The notes beneath the pieces were generated by a model. That model saw only the letters and a list, made by a program, of their open reading frames with translations. It was not told the origin of the DNA and searched no databases. A DNA stretch of 64,000 bases from Magallana gigas. Its lineage: Eukaryota. Numbering within the stretch: the stretch's first letter is position 1; every line of letters starts with the position of its first letter. The DNA lies in the NCBI RefSeq assembly GCF_963853765.1, contig NC_088857.1, positions 38,812,001 through 38,876,000 on the forward strand. Reading direction: 5' to 3'. The position numbers and the translations under genes were made by a program. Positions 1 through 11,441 of this stretch are shown here, piece after piece.

Positions 1-629
1 ATTTTGATCATTTGTTTTTATGTACAAAATTTTGCTTAAATTGTGCTCTTCTGTTTCCAAAAAATGATCAATTGTGTTTGTTAAAAATATTATGAAAACA
101 GTTTATATTGTTGTTCTTTTTTTATTTAAATCTTTCTTGTGTACATGACTTTGCTGAAGATTTTAGTGCAGAAAAATCAATTCTGTTCATACCGTTTGCA
201 GGCTATATTGAAGAAAATTTTTGCAATGTTTGAAACCATCATATTCCTATTACCCACATGGAAAGCAGTTTATTATTCATTTCCATTTCTCTTTGATTCC
301 CTCTGGTGTCTTATTTCTTATATTTTTTAGATTACTTAATTACTCGATCTGAATTATTTTAAAACAAAATTGTAAACACGGAATGCATGGACTACCGTCA
401 GTCCTCCACCGAATAGTTTTTGTCACTTATAGCTAATTCTTTAATGTAACGTACTTATGACAAGATTTTACTCATTTTTAAATAAGAATAATATAAGGGT
501 ATTTAAAGAACGGTGCAAATATGAGCTGTTTAAAAATTTGTTGTGGTTTATCCAGAATACGAAGGTATAAAAGCGCTCTTTGCAAAACAAACAAAAAATA
601 CATATCTCGCTATCGTAGGTAAAGTATAA

Positions 630-739
630 TGCATGATTGTGAGGGAAATGAAGATTTATTCCCCCATAAATAACCATATTTCCCGAGGGAAATATGATTT
701 TTCTGGGAGAATAGATCATATTTCCCTCGCAATCGTGCA
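630..739. repeat. Foldback (imperfect palindrome) MITE-like element
   Basis: Arm TGCATGATTGTGAGGGAAATGAAGATTTATTCCCCCA is the approximate reverse complement of TGGGAGAATAGATCATATTTCCCTCGCAATCGTGCA; the spacer contains an inner palindrome (catatttccc/gggaaatatg). Confidence 0.6.
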
Positions 740-929
740 ATGAATTATTTACTATATAGAACAAGTGATAATTTAAAATACACTGATAAATTTTAATCGT
801 ATTGAGGCATAATAAATGTTTATTTTTAGTAAAAGTTTCAATTAAATGTTGCTTTTGTCTGTTGATGGTACTAGTATTATCAACACATTGAATTAGTTTA
901 TCTTGGTTTGCCTTCTCATTTTGTCAAAA

Positions 930-2330
930 AATTGGATTGTATCGGTCCCACACTACTACATGTAAAACAAGCTTTGCCAGCTATTGCCGAACCACTATGC
1001 AAGTTGTTAAAAAATATTATTGATCCTTAAGTCTGCAGTCCCTCATCTTCGCTAGCCAAGGGTCCACTTCGCTCCCCATAAACAGCCAAGAGTTTTCGGT
1101 CTACTTCGCTCCCCATAAACAGGGTTTATGTTGAGTGGGGTGGACCGAAAACCCTTGGCTAGCGAAGATGACAGTCCCAACCCAATGAAAAATAGCAAAC
1201 GTTATCCATGTATTCTAAAACGGCGCCAGTAATATTGGCCACAATTATAAGCCAATATTTTTATTAAGTGTTCTTGATAAATGTACGGACGTGTATTTTT
1301 AAATATTTATACAACTTTATTCTCACCAATGATATTCTTACACCTCACCAATCTGGCTTTAGACCAAATGATTCTGCGGTCAACCAGTTAACGGTACGTT
1401 GATCAGGGTAAAAAAGTTAAGAGTTGTGTTTTTTCGATATATGCAATCTTGAAAGAGTTGGAATTCGGGGAGAAGCACTCATCAGTGCATGGTTAAGAAA
1501 TTACCTTCATGATAGAAAACGGTGTATCGTAATCAATGACAGCAAATCGACAATATTAAGGCTGGAGTACCCAAGGCAGTTTATTTGGTCCCTTTTTCAT
1601 TTATATATAAACGATCTGGTTACGAGCATTAACTGTATGTTTATATTATTGTCGATGATGCTGACACTTCAGCATGTTTACTAAATACATGTAACGATCC
1701 TGAACAAATCACTTAAAAACAGTGGCTTTTTTTTAATCCCACCAAAACGGAATGTCTGACCTCATCTAATAAAGTAAAGAAACCCTTTCATCCCTCACTG
1801 ATTTTCAATAACGTTCAACTGAAAGAAGATGAAACTCATAAACACTTAAGAGTTATTCTTAGTTGTAATTTGTCTTGGAATTTACATTTAGATCAAATAG
1901 TTTTTTTAAAAAGGGTTTACTAACATCTCAGTATGCTGCGAAGATTGAAAACATACGGTTTGAAGCAGCCAGAACAGTTACGGCAAAACAGACTGCCATC
2001 CAGGCATCTGAGTGTTATTTGAAACGGGATGGGAACCATTGTCAAAACGTAGGGAAAATCACTATCATACCAAACAGTCAAGGACATTCATTATTCCTGT
2101 TACAATAAGACGATGGAATGCATTACCTCAACATATGCAATTAAATCCTTCATTATATTGCTTTTAGACAAACGTACATACCAGAAATATTAAAATTAAA
2201 ACTTTCCACGCCAAATTAAGACTAGAATGCAGTGGTCTTAATCTTTATTCCTTTTTATCAAAGAAAATTTAACAATTCGCCTCTCTGTATTTTTGGCGAA
2301 GTTGAAAGTACTGACAATTTTCTATTACAC
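930..2330 (+). mobile_element. Degenerate CR1/L2-type non-LTR retrotransposon remnant (reverse transcriptase region)
   Basis: Frameshifted RT motifs in the expected order: AIAEPLCKL (~985), NY(K)PI (~1245), QSGFRPNDSAVNQL (~1350-1390), GIRG..AWLRNYLHDRK (ORF 1424-1684), a broken GVPQGS..GP and LYINDL, then EAARTVT (ORF 1875-2108). Boundaries are approximate. Confidence 0.75.
1043..1171. mobile_element. 129-bp MITE with 20-bp TIRs and a 7-bp target-site duplication, inserted in the LINE remnant
   Basis: TIR TCATCTTCGCTAGCCAAGGG (1043-1062) and CCCTTGGCTAGCGAAGATGA (1152-1171); flanking direct repeat CAGTCCC at 1036-1042 and 1172-1178; internal ACTTCGCTCCCCATAAACAG occurs twice. Confidence 0.85.
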
Positions 2331-4742
2331 TGTAATATTTTCTGAATATTGAATTATTGTTACATATGTATATGGTAACGGTAGTTTATCTGAAAATAAA
2401 AAATAACAATATTTTTTACCTTATCCAGAAGTTTCTTGTTAAAAGTAACAGGTTCTGAGTTCACCTGTTGTTTTACTATAACTATTATTAAAATTATTTG
2501 TGTTTCACTGAATATTATGTTTGTATGTACAGTATAGTAATACAGAGTACATATCCCGAATGTTCACGGATATTTTTATATAGACTAACTCAGTTACATT
2601 ATATTTCAATATTAATGTTGAGTAACATTAGTCGTTGAGTATAAATATCTGTTATCTGTTATTTGCTATAAGTGTCTCAATACTCATTCTCTTTTCGCCT
2701 TTTTAATTCTTTTTCAGTATTTTTTCCTTTCATTTTTCTTTATCAATGTATATATGTAATGTAATAATGTTATTGTACTTGAAAATATCATTCACCTCTC
2801 GTTTGTAATATGACAAGAGCGAGATTAACATAAGCCTTTTGGCTTCATTCTCATTTTTGATGCATTATTGTTTTAATATGCATGTATGGCACCAAGAATT
2901 GCTGAATAAATATTGTTTAAAACTAAATTAAATGCTCGGAATCCATGGACTGCCATCACACTTATAAATATTTTTTTTAAGTTATATTTAAATTTACAGA
3001 ATTTGCTATTCCTTCTGTATAACGTATTAAACGGCAATCACGATTTTACTTAGATATAAGAATAATTTGATAGATATTCAAAGATTTGCGTAAACGTAGA
3101 CTGTTTAAATTTTTATAGTTGTTGATATGAAAAGTGAGAGTAGAGATACAATTTATCATTGCAAAAAAAATTACATTACTCTCTGCCGCGGGTTTTGTAT
3201 GATGTGAAATAAATTAATTTTTTATGTGAAGAGATATTCTTATTCATATATGGGCACCTTATCTTACTAGTTTGAAAGAACTTTTACAATAGTGAATAAA
3301 AGTCGGGTTTCCAAGGAAATGATACAAGAAATGGTAGATGGATGTAAGCAAAATCACTTCAGGCCCAAAGAGCATTTAAGGTATTCGATATACAACGACC
3401 ACATTTTGTACCTAATAAATGAATGGTCCGATATTCCTTATCATGATATCATTGTGAAAGTGTTATAAAATACAAGCACTCCATCAAAGGAATTTTCAAA
3501 ATTTTGATTATGGTCCAACTAATTACACCTTGAATTTCAATAAAGTATATAATGGGTACCGTATGTTTTATTAAGATATTGTAAAAAGTAACTTATATAA
3601 AATTCGTAAAATTCTCTTGGTTAATACATGCATTGACTTTCTCTTTATTAAAATTGATTTAAGGTGCAAAATGACCGGCTTCTTATATGTTTTCAGTCGG
3701 GTGAATTTGGTTCATTTCACTTTCATTGTTATCTAGCAATACACATTTAACTAGTTTAAAATGATTCAAAATTGTTCAATATCCCTTCATTATACATTGA
3801 ATACCTTTAGATAATGAATTGATCTTTTTCTTAGTTTACACTGGTCATGCTGATTTGTTTCTTTTTAATACATTATCACATTTAAATTTGATAAAGGTTA
3901 CAAGGTTACTCTTTTAAACATTTTCATTTTCAGTTTAACTAGTATATATGTCAAATCAAGTCATGTTTAAAAATACGTGCAAGTATATAGATCACTGCTG
4001 CATGTAAAGTATTGATTTTATTTTCTGAAAATGAGATGGATTTAAGCATGAGATATATAAATATATATCGTAGGTATTACGTGTATAACTGTTTTACCTG
4101 TTGATTATCTTACGGACGGGTGGAGAGTTTGGGTGTTTCCACATAACCAGACTGAGTGTGTGTTTCATGTGGCCCGACACATATGATAAAACATAATAAA
4201 CTGACATGTATGTCATTTCCAAAATAAAAACAAAAACAAACACACAGTAACTAAAAACCCAAAATACACAGTAACAAAAACCTAAACAAAAATTCTCTAC
4301 AATATTAAATAACCGAGTTAACAATATGAAGGAAAAGATTCACTCTACCACATTTAATGGACAACAAACATATTAATAAGATCAGATATGGCTGTTTATG
4401 TATCATGTTCAACATGTGCATAAAGAAAAACTTCTGTTTTTTCTTTAGAAGATGTTTGGACACAAAAATAAGATCTATCTACAAAAGAGAAGCTTCTTAA
4501 AAACCATACAAAGACCTTGTGGGTTAGAGCTATTTGACTGTCATAATTTCTACCCTCGACCTTTCTTTGACCTTGAAGATAAGATTTAATATATCATAAT
4601 ATCAAAATAAAGATGTATATTCTTTAAATACTACAAAACAGATGTTCGATTGCCTGTACTAGACATGGAGTTGATATAATAATTTTTTTCCTTAGATAAT
4701 CTATTAAATTGACAATCTGAACCTTTTGCATTTTTAATATAA

Positions 4743-5118
4743 AGGGGCAAGGTCATGATTTTGGTCAAAAATTATTTTTCCGATTTTAATGTTTACAATG
4801 CCTTAGTAAGACATTTTTAATAGGCATCAAAATTTGAGCGTCATTCGCTGAGTTATAAGGGAGTTACAGAGCTTACAATTCTTTATGTTAACAAAGATTT
4901 TGTTTACATTTTGAATGTTGATGTGAAAATTCCAGCTTTAGACTTAAAATGAATGTGTAAAACGTTAGGAACTGATAAACAAATCAGCTTGAAACAGATT
5001 TTTACTGGTTATATTGAACCTATGTAAACAAGGACAGGACACGAGCCTTGTTTACATGACAAAGAATTGTGAGCCCTGTATCTTGCTAACATTTGATCAA
5101 AATCTAGACCATGCCCCT
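4743..5118. mobile_element. Non-autonomous TTAA-target DNA transposon (Kolobok-like), older, internally deleted copy
   Basis: Ends AGGGGCAAGGTCATGATTTTGGTCAA ... TTGATCAAAATCTAGACCATGCCCCT; internal sequence clearly homologous to 18891-19366; flanks ATAA/TTGA are decayed TTAA. Confidence 0.75.
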
Positions 5119-7812
5119 TTGAAAGCTGTAAATTAAAGCTTCATCAGACCGTGGCAAGTAATTTCGATAAATATGATTCACATTGGTAAATTTTACATTT
5201 TAACAAACTTTGCTTCATCAGTTGGGTTTTATGTCAAAGTATACGCATATCTGCTTGGTGTGTTGGCTCAAGACAGTTGTCTTAATGAAAATGTATCAAC
5301 TAAAATATATATTTTGGTGGTTTTTTATGGACCCCTAATGAATATGATTTTATTGAAAACATTTTAGTATATTCTAAACGGTGGAAAAGCGAAGTATAGA
5401 CTTTAGTTTCTGTTATGATGCTAAGCAATTGTTTGATTCAGCAAATGTTTCCATGTACATGATAAAGTGGAACTAAAAGATTTTTTTCAGTTTTTAATGT
5501 CTTTATGTAAACAGAGCTTGAATAATAGACCTTAACAAAAGATTACGATTTTAATTTTCTTTAACCAAAATGACACCTTATTCGAACAACAATTTTAAAA
5601 AGCCTCTTGTTTCGTTTCAAAGATTTATGAAATCTGTATGAATTAAACTCGACTTTTATTCTCTCCGTGAAGCATTAGATCTCTGTGAAGCATTAGCACC
5701 CTGTGAAAACCAAACTAAAATCGGGTTTGACAGAGTGGATTTTTTTATTTTTAAAAAAATTGAAATCGCATATTTGTATGTAGACCAGGCAAACACATTG
5801 TTATGAGTTTTTTTTTAGATAATGGGGTCAGAGACGTGGGTCTGCTTAGTGTGTTGTCATGACGCAATTGTTCTTAACTAGATCAATAGAGTATATCTTT
5901 ATATCCGACGAAATGCATTTAAAGTGCATTCTAAAAATAAGAAAAAAAGATATTCAAAAAACCTGATCGATGAATTTAAATATCTTTATTTTTAAAAGCT
6001 TCCACCATTGCACATTTTGTTTAGACTTACATAAAATTATCCGTCTTTTTTTTTGTCTAAGTGTTTATTGGTATACCTTTTAAATGGCAATATATATTTT
6101 CATATTTTTTAACTGAGAGTTTTTATTTTTAATCATATGTATGACATATCATGTGATATAAAAGAATTTTGCAAACTTATTATCATATCGATTGAACAAT
6201 ACTAGTATTGATTTTGTTTATTTGTTTATCCTTATTTTGTGTTTTGTATTTTTATAAACTTTGCTATTTTTTTTATTTAGACTGGTGACCAACTCTTTTG
6301 TGAACTAATAAGACACATTGTAATAGTAATGTACATTTTTGTCTATACATGTATGTTGTCTATACATGTATGATGTCTATACACGCATAATCAATAAAAG
6401 TGGTGACCTCCCTTTTTCACAGTTGCACATTCTATCATAATGACATTCATGTCTGGCAAAATGAATATAAGTACTTTGTTCTATTATGGAGATAAATCAA
6501 ACTATACATCGTAATATTTAACCAAACCGTATAGAATTATACATTTTACCAAGCACGGATGCTCCTTAGTTGCAAAACTATGTCGCTTTGATTTGATATC
6601 GAAAACTGTTAAACTAGATTCGTCTATTTTTGGTATGAGACAACGTGCATGACAAGTCCATTCTGTTGAAAAGGCCTTTTAAAAACTCAATTGATCTTTA
6701 ATAAATTTAGAATTTTAAATTCCAAGAGCTATTTTGAGACTTGAAATCAGCTTTATTTTTAATTTGTAAATATGATTTTCGAAAAAGAAATTTCAGTTAA
6801 GGTTTTTGATTGATTTCTGCAAAATTCAGTAAAAATTTGATATAAGTTTTGTCCATAATTTTACAAAGACGTGTTTAATAACGTTGTAAATGTCCGTTGT
6901 GGGTTAGGGGTTTATTGCAGCACACTGTACTTCCGTTTTATAGTCGCAGCTAGTGAAGAAACTGTTGACGCAAAATTTAAACGGTTATTTCAGATCTTAT
7001 AAATGATTGTCTTTGACGATTGTAGAATCAAATATCAAAGTCATATGTTTGCATATTAGATTTTGCATCGCCTTGATGATGGGTTAATATATATGGCAAT
7101 TCTGTTACAGGAGTGACTTCTTTTCAAAGTTACAAACTAAAGCCAATCCGCCTCTTCCTAATAAAACTGAAGAATATATTTTTTTTTTTGCTAAGCACAT
7201 TGTTGAAAATTATCAATGTTTAATGTATTTTCATTTTAAGGAATTCATAATACAACAGTAATGGGTTCGACAAAACAAAAACCAACAACAAAAAACAACA
7301 ACAACGAAAAAACAAATAGAAGAAAAAACAAAAAACCAACAAGCAAAATACCCAATGAAATAATCCTAAATTTTAACCCTTTTCTCTTACTTTTCTGTAA
7401 CTAAAGTCTGTACCAGAAAAAAAGTATTAAATGTTTATCTCTACAATATCATGTATAATGATCAAAATTCAAACAGAAAGTCGAATATTTGGAAATCTAT
7501 TTTACAAACTAGCCCATAGAACCGGGTAGCATACTCACGCGCATTTTAAATATAACTTCAGAATAACCAGAATTATGTAGGTTTTCAAATATACATATTT
7601 CTATTTTAAGATTTTCCAGAACTATTCCAAACTCTACTTTCTCTGGAATGTTTCCAGATTGGGGTGTATATATACCCGAGCCCGATTAGATTCTAACAGA
7701 AGGCATAACCGGAGATATTTTGGTAAGTAAATGATTTACTATTAAATATAAGCTATTTGATATAGAGTTTACTTCAGCAAGGCGACTTATTGTTTGAATT
7801 TTATTCTCTTAA

Positions 7813-8075
7813 GGTGGTATGGGACACCGGTCGAAATTGATGTTGATAAAAATACATTATAATCAAAATACTTTCAGTGGTTTAGAATTTTCAAATTTTC
7901 AATAGTTGACCCCAAAAATGTTTTAAAAAATTTCGGTAAGGTAAAAATTATAAAAACCCAATAAGTTTCGAACAGATTCTTAGTTAACACTCTAACCCAT
8001 AGCGTTACCCTGTTAGATGACTGTATTTTGGAAATAAAACATTTATAAAATTATTTTTGGTTTTGGGGGGTTTTT
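7813..8075. mobile_element. Truncated MITE (TTAA-GGTGGTATGGGACACC terminus family)
   Basis: TTAA followed by GGTGGTATGGGACACC; its internal sequence aligns by eye with 29600-29880, which carries the opposite terminus GGTGTCCCATACCACC. Confidence 0.5.
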
Positions 8076-8100
8076 TTTAATAGGAAGTACGTCAGAATAT

Positions 8101-8377
8101 TACCCACCCAGCAGATTAAAAAAATGCAATAGGGCAAAATCTGTGTTATTTTTGCGACTATCACAGTAACTTGAAAATCTTACCCTTCTTGTCAGTGTAC
8201 ATGCACTGTCATGATATAACATATGCATATTTCAACTTTAAATTGCATTATTTTAATACGTCTTTTGGCATAATGGTGAAAGGCATGCGAAGAGATGAAT
8301 TTTATCTTTTACAGCCCATAAAATCATGCACATTTCAGTTAACAATCATGTCATTTGAATTTTTGTGCACATCATTC
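8101..8377 (+). repeat. Dispersed ~280-bp repeat, copy 1 (direct repeat of 10612-10884)
   Basis: Colinear similarity from TACCCACCCAG(C/T)AGATTAAAAA through shared blocks TTTATCTTTTA and CATGCACATTTCAGT to GTCATTTGAATT...CATCATTC. Confidence 0.7.
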
Positions 8378-8763
8378 TACATATTCAATGTCTTTCATAC
8401 TACATGTATTTAAAAAAAAACCCATATCGATTTGATTTCTTTGCACATTCATATGAACATGTTTTCAGCATACTTTGCGGTTATTGTACATCAAGTAATC
8501 TAAAATGTTTTCATAATTCCAATTTATTTATTTACAATTGAATAGCTTGCACTTATAGTTTAAAATGGGCGTGAATCTTAAGCTTTCTCTATTTTGTTTT
8601 TATGCCGGTGTTTTTATGGAATAACGTCCAGATTTGTCATTTTTAGTCTCAATATTTTCATTGTTAAAAAATTGTTGTTGTTTTTTTCGTTTATCTTTAT
8701 TTCTCCCGAAATTTTCATTGTAGTTAAGAAAATCATCTTTGGTTATCTACGCATTCAACAAAA

Positions 8764-9561
8764 ATGGCTGAGATCACCGATCTTGAAGAAATGGTACAAG
8801 ATTACGCCTGGAACATTCATGCAACGACCGGAAATGAAAGATTAGATTTAAAGGAGGCTCGTTTCGACATCAATTGGGCCAGGACGAAGTTCGTGTCATC
8901 GACTCCAGAGTTTGAAGCTATAGATAGCAACAGCTATGTCAAACAGAATCCGAAAGGAAAGTCTGCTGGAAGGTTTGGCGAAGAACCAAATGCCCAGGTG
9001 ATTTATCAATCCACGTACGTCAACAATACGAACGGAGATCATGAACAAAACATCTCCATGCAAAGGAGTACCAAGAGTATCTGCAAAGCTTTTGTTACGA
9101 AAGGCTATACCAAAGGAATCAACGTTGGTCTCAAACTGGCCGTGCCAGGCGACGTGGCTAACCTCACCACATCTTTTGGCTACTCTGTAAACTTGACCGA
9201 TAACTCGGAAGAATCAACTGAGGAAACCATGACCTGGGGGTCCGACTGCAAAGTGAAAGTTCCCAAGGGTCAAAGAATGTCTGCAAAAATCTCTGTCACG
9301 GAGAAAGAGTACAACGCAACCTTCCGAATGAAAACAAGTATCTATGGAACCGTCCATGTCGCTATTCATAGCAGAGCAGACGACAGGCTTATAAGGTCTA
9401 TCGACGCGCCCATTACGGAAATCATGAAATGGTATAGTCAGAAAAGAGGGTTTGGGTCCTGCAGTATCAAGGGAAACAAAGTGGAATGGGAGGTCACCGG
9501 TGAATGTTTCTTCAGGTTTGGAGTAGAGCAAACGGTTGAGATCCAGCCTGTAAGATCCTGA
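8764..9561 (+). CDS. Aerolysin-family (ETX/MTX2-like, LIN-24-like) beta-pore-forming protein, 265 aa, single coding exon
   Basis: Uninterrupted ORF with AAAA-ATG-G start. Family-like motifs: YQSTYVNNTNGDHEQ, an alternating amphipathic hairpin (GINVGLKLAVPGDVANLTTSFGYSVNL), Ser/Thr-rich SEESTEETMTW, KVKVP, and C-terminal VTGECFFRFGVEQTVEI. AATAAA at 9563-9568 and 9853-9858. No signal peptide is seen. Confidence 0.8.
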   Translation: MAEITDLEEMVQDYAWNIHATTGNERLDLKEARFDINWARTKFVSSTPEFEAIDSNSYVKQNPKGKSAGRFGEEPNAQVIYQSTYVNNTNGDHEQNISMQRSTKSICKAFVTKGYTKGINVGLKLAVPGDVANLTTSFGYSVNLTDNSEESTEETMTWGSDCKVKVPKGQRMSAKISVTEKEYNATFRMKTSIYGTVHVAIHSRADDRLIRSIDAPITEIMKWYSQKRGFGSCSIKGNKVEWEVTGECFFRFGVEQTVEIQPVRS

Positions 9562-10611
9562 GAATAAAAACAAGTTTATGAAATCCTGATCACAGGAAAG
9601 AGGTCTTTATGACTAATGTTGTATTAATTGTATTTATGACAATGTTATGTTTATCTAATGGGTTTTAACAAGAAAAAAATAACCGGTGTTGAATAAGAAT
9701 TATTTGTAGCTTGTATTGATTAATTGTAAAATGAACTTTTCCCAAATGAATTAGTTGTAAAATGAACTTTTCCCAAATGAATGTTTTATGTATGATATTT
9801 ATTAAATATACATTTGTTTAAGAAGCTTTTAAAATGCCTGTTTTTAAGATCGAATAAAATATAAATCAATTTTTTTCTAGACTTTTTTTTTAAGTTTAAC
9901 GTAGTATATTACATTCAGTGTATATTTCCCTATATGTTTGCATTGGAAACTGGAAATCTACGACGTTCAATTTTCCATTAATACACTTTGCTAATTAATG
10001 CGCCATGAACACAACTATCAACGTCTTCATGTTTTTTTTAATAAATGAATCTTTCAATCTTACATAACCAATTTGATATTTACTTTTGAAAAATAATTAT
10101 TAAATTATATATACTCCTTAACAAAAAAGATTAATTTTTCTCTAAAAGGTTTCCGGCACTATATCTTTAGTTGCGGAAGCGAATTAAATAACGTGTTAAT
10201 CTGACTGTTCCATGTATGTTTCATATCCCTGCCTGAGAACGTATACAATGACAATGGCTAAACAGCGACAATACACATATATTTCATACAAATAGACATC
10301 AGGATGAATATAAATATAGGAATTGAAAGCTTATTTTTGCGACATCGCAAAATAAGCATTTAATGCTTAAATGATACAGTCCATAAATCATGCCAGATTC
10401 AGTAAATTTTAGACATTGATAATTATGACGGTGTTTAAACTTTACAAGAAAGAAAAATAAATCATGTTATTACCAAGAAAGCATTTAATTATACAAATCT
10501 GATGCATGATTACAAGTAATTGCCGTATTGTAACTTTGAATTTTACTGGGTGAGTGTAAATTTTAAAAATTACAACATCCAAACTACATGTACTTGTAAA
10601 TTTTGTATTAA

Positions 10612-10884
10612 TACCCACCCAGTAGATTAAAAATATACATTAAGGGCAAAATTTATGCTATCTTTTTGACTATCAGAGTAACTTGTAAATATGACTGCTT
10701 AATTTGTGTTGGGTGTACCTTCATAATGTAATATATTTCAACTTTGAATTGCGTTCTTTTTGTACGTGTTTTTGGATAATGGAGAGACGCATGCAAAAAG
10801 ATAAAATTTATCTTTTAGAAACGATAAAACCATGCACATTTCAGTAACTAATGACTGTCATTTGAATTCCTGTGTACATCATTC
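10612..10884 (+). repeat. Dispersed ~280-bp repeat, copy 2 (direct repeat of 8101-8377)
   Basis: See copy 1. This copy is also preceded by an inverted arm (TACTGGGTGAGTGT ~10545 vs ATACCCACCCAGTA ~10611). Confidence 0.7.
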
Positions 10885-11441
10885 AAATACTTTGTTTGTA
10901 TTTAAATATATTGATATCTCATTTAATGATTTCTTAGGACCACTCTACAAAAACATACTTCTGATAAGCACCAGCAACCACAAACATGTATAGATACATA
11001 GTAGTTTAAATTCTATTTCTAATCATATTCTTCAGTACATTAATTCTCCAGTGTAAATAACTCATGCTTAAATGAACATATAGTTTTTTTCACATCATGA
11101 CAATGAAGATGATTAGTAAATAAGTCTCGAATAAAACTGTGTCTCTTCTCGGTTGGAAAACCCCGTGCAAGAACTATGCCGCCCTGTCAACATGAAACGT
11201 TGATTTTTTGTTTTATAAGAGAGAGTAGATTTCATACAAATAGTATTCCCGAATACTATACTTTTGGTTTTTCAACAAACGAACCCACTTCAAAATATCC
11301 TGCAAATCTTGTTTTTAATCATTGACACCACCTTGTAACATTCTTTTTAGCTGTTTTGAATTCGGCGAAAAATTCCGTGTATAAGCTATCAGTCGCCGCG
11401 TTCTTTGAAAGGTGAAACGAATTACACATAATGATATTCCA

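Noticed and set aside
3270-3470. About 65 open codons after an acceptor-like TTACTAG
   Set aside because: No partner exons or recognisable motif; cannot be distinguished from chance.
7610-7665. Cluster of TTCCAGA/TCTGGAA motifs upstream of the toxin gene resembling STAT, NF-kB or heat-shock elements
   Set aside because: Spacings do not match canonical TTC-N3-GAA or nGAAnnTTCn arrays; such short motifs are expected by chance.
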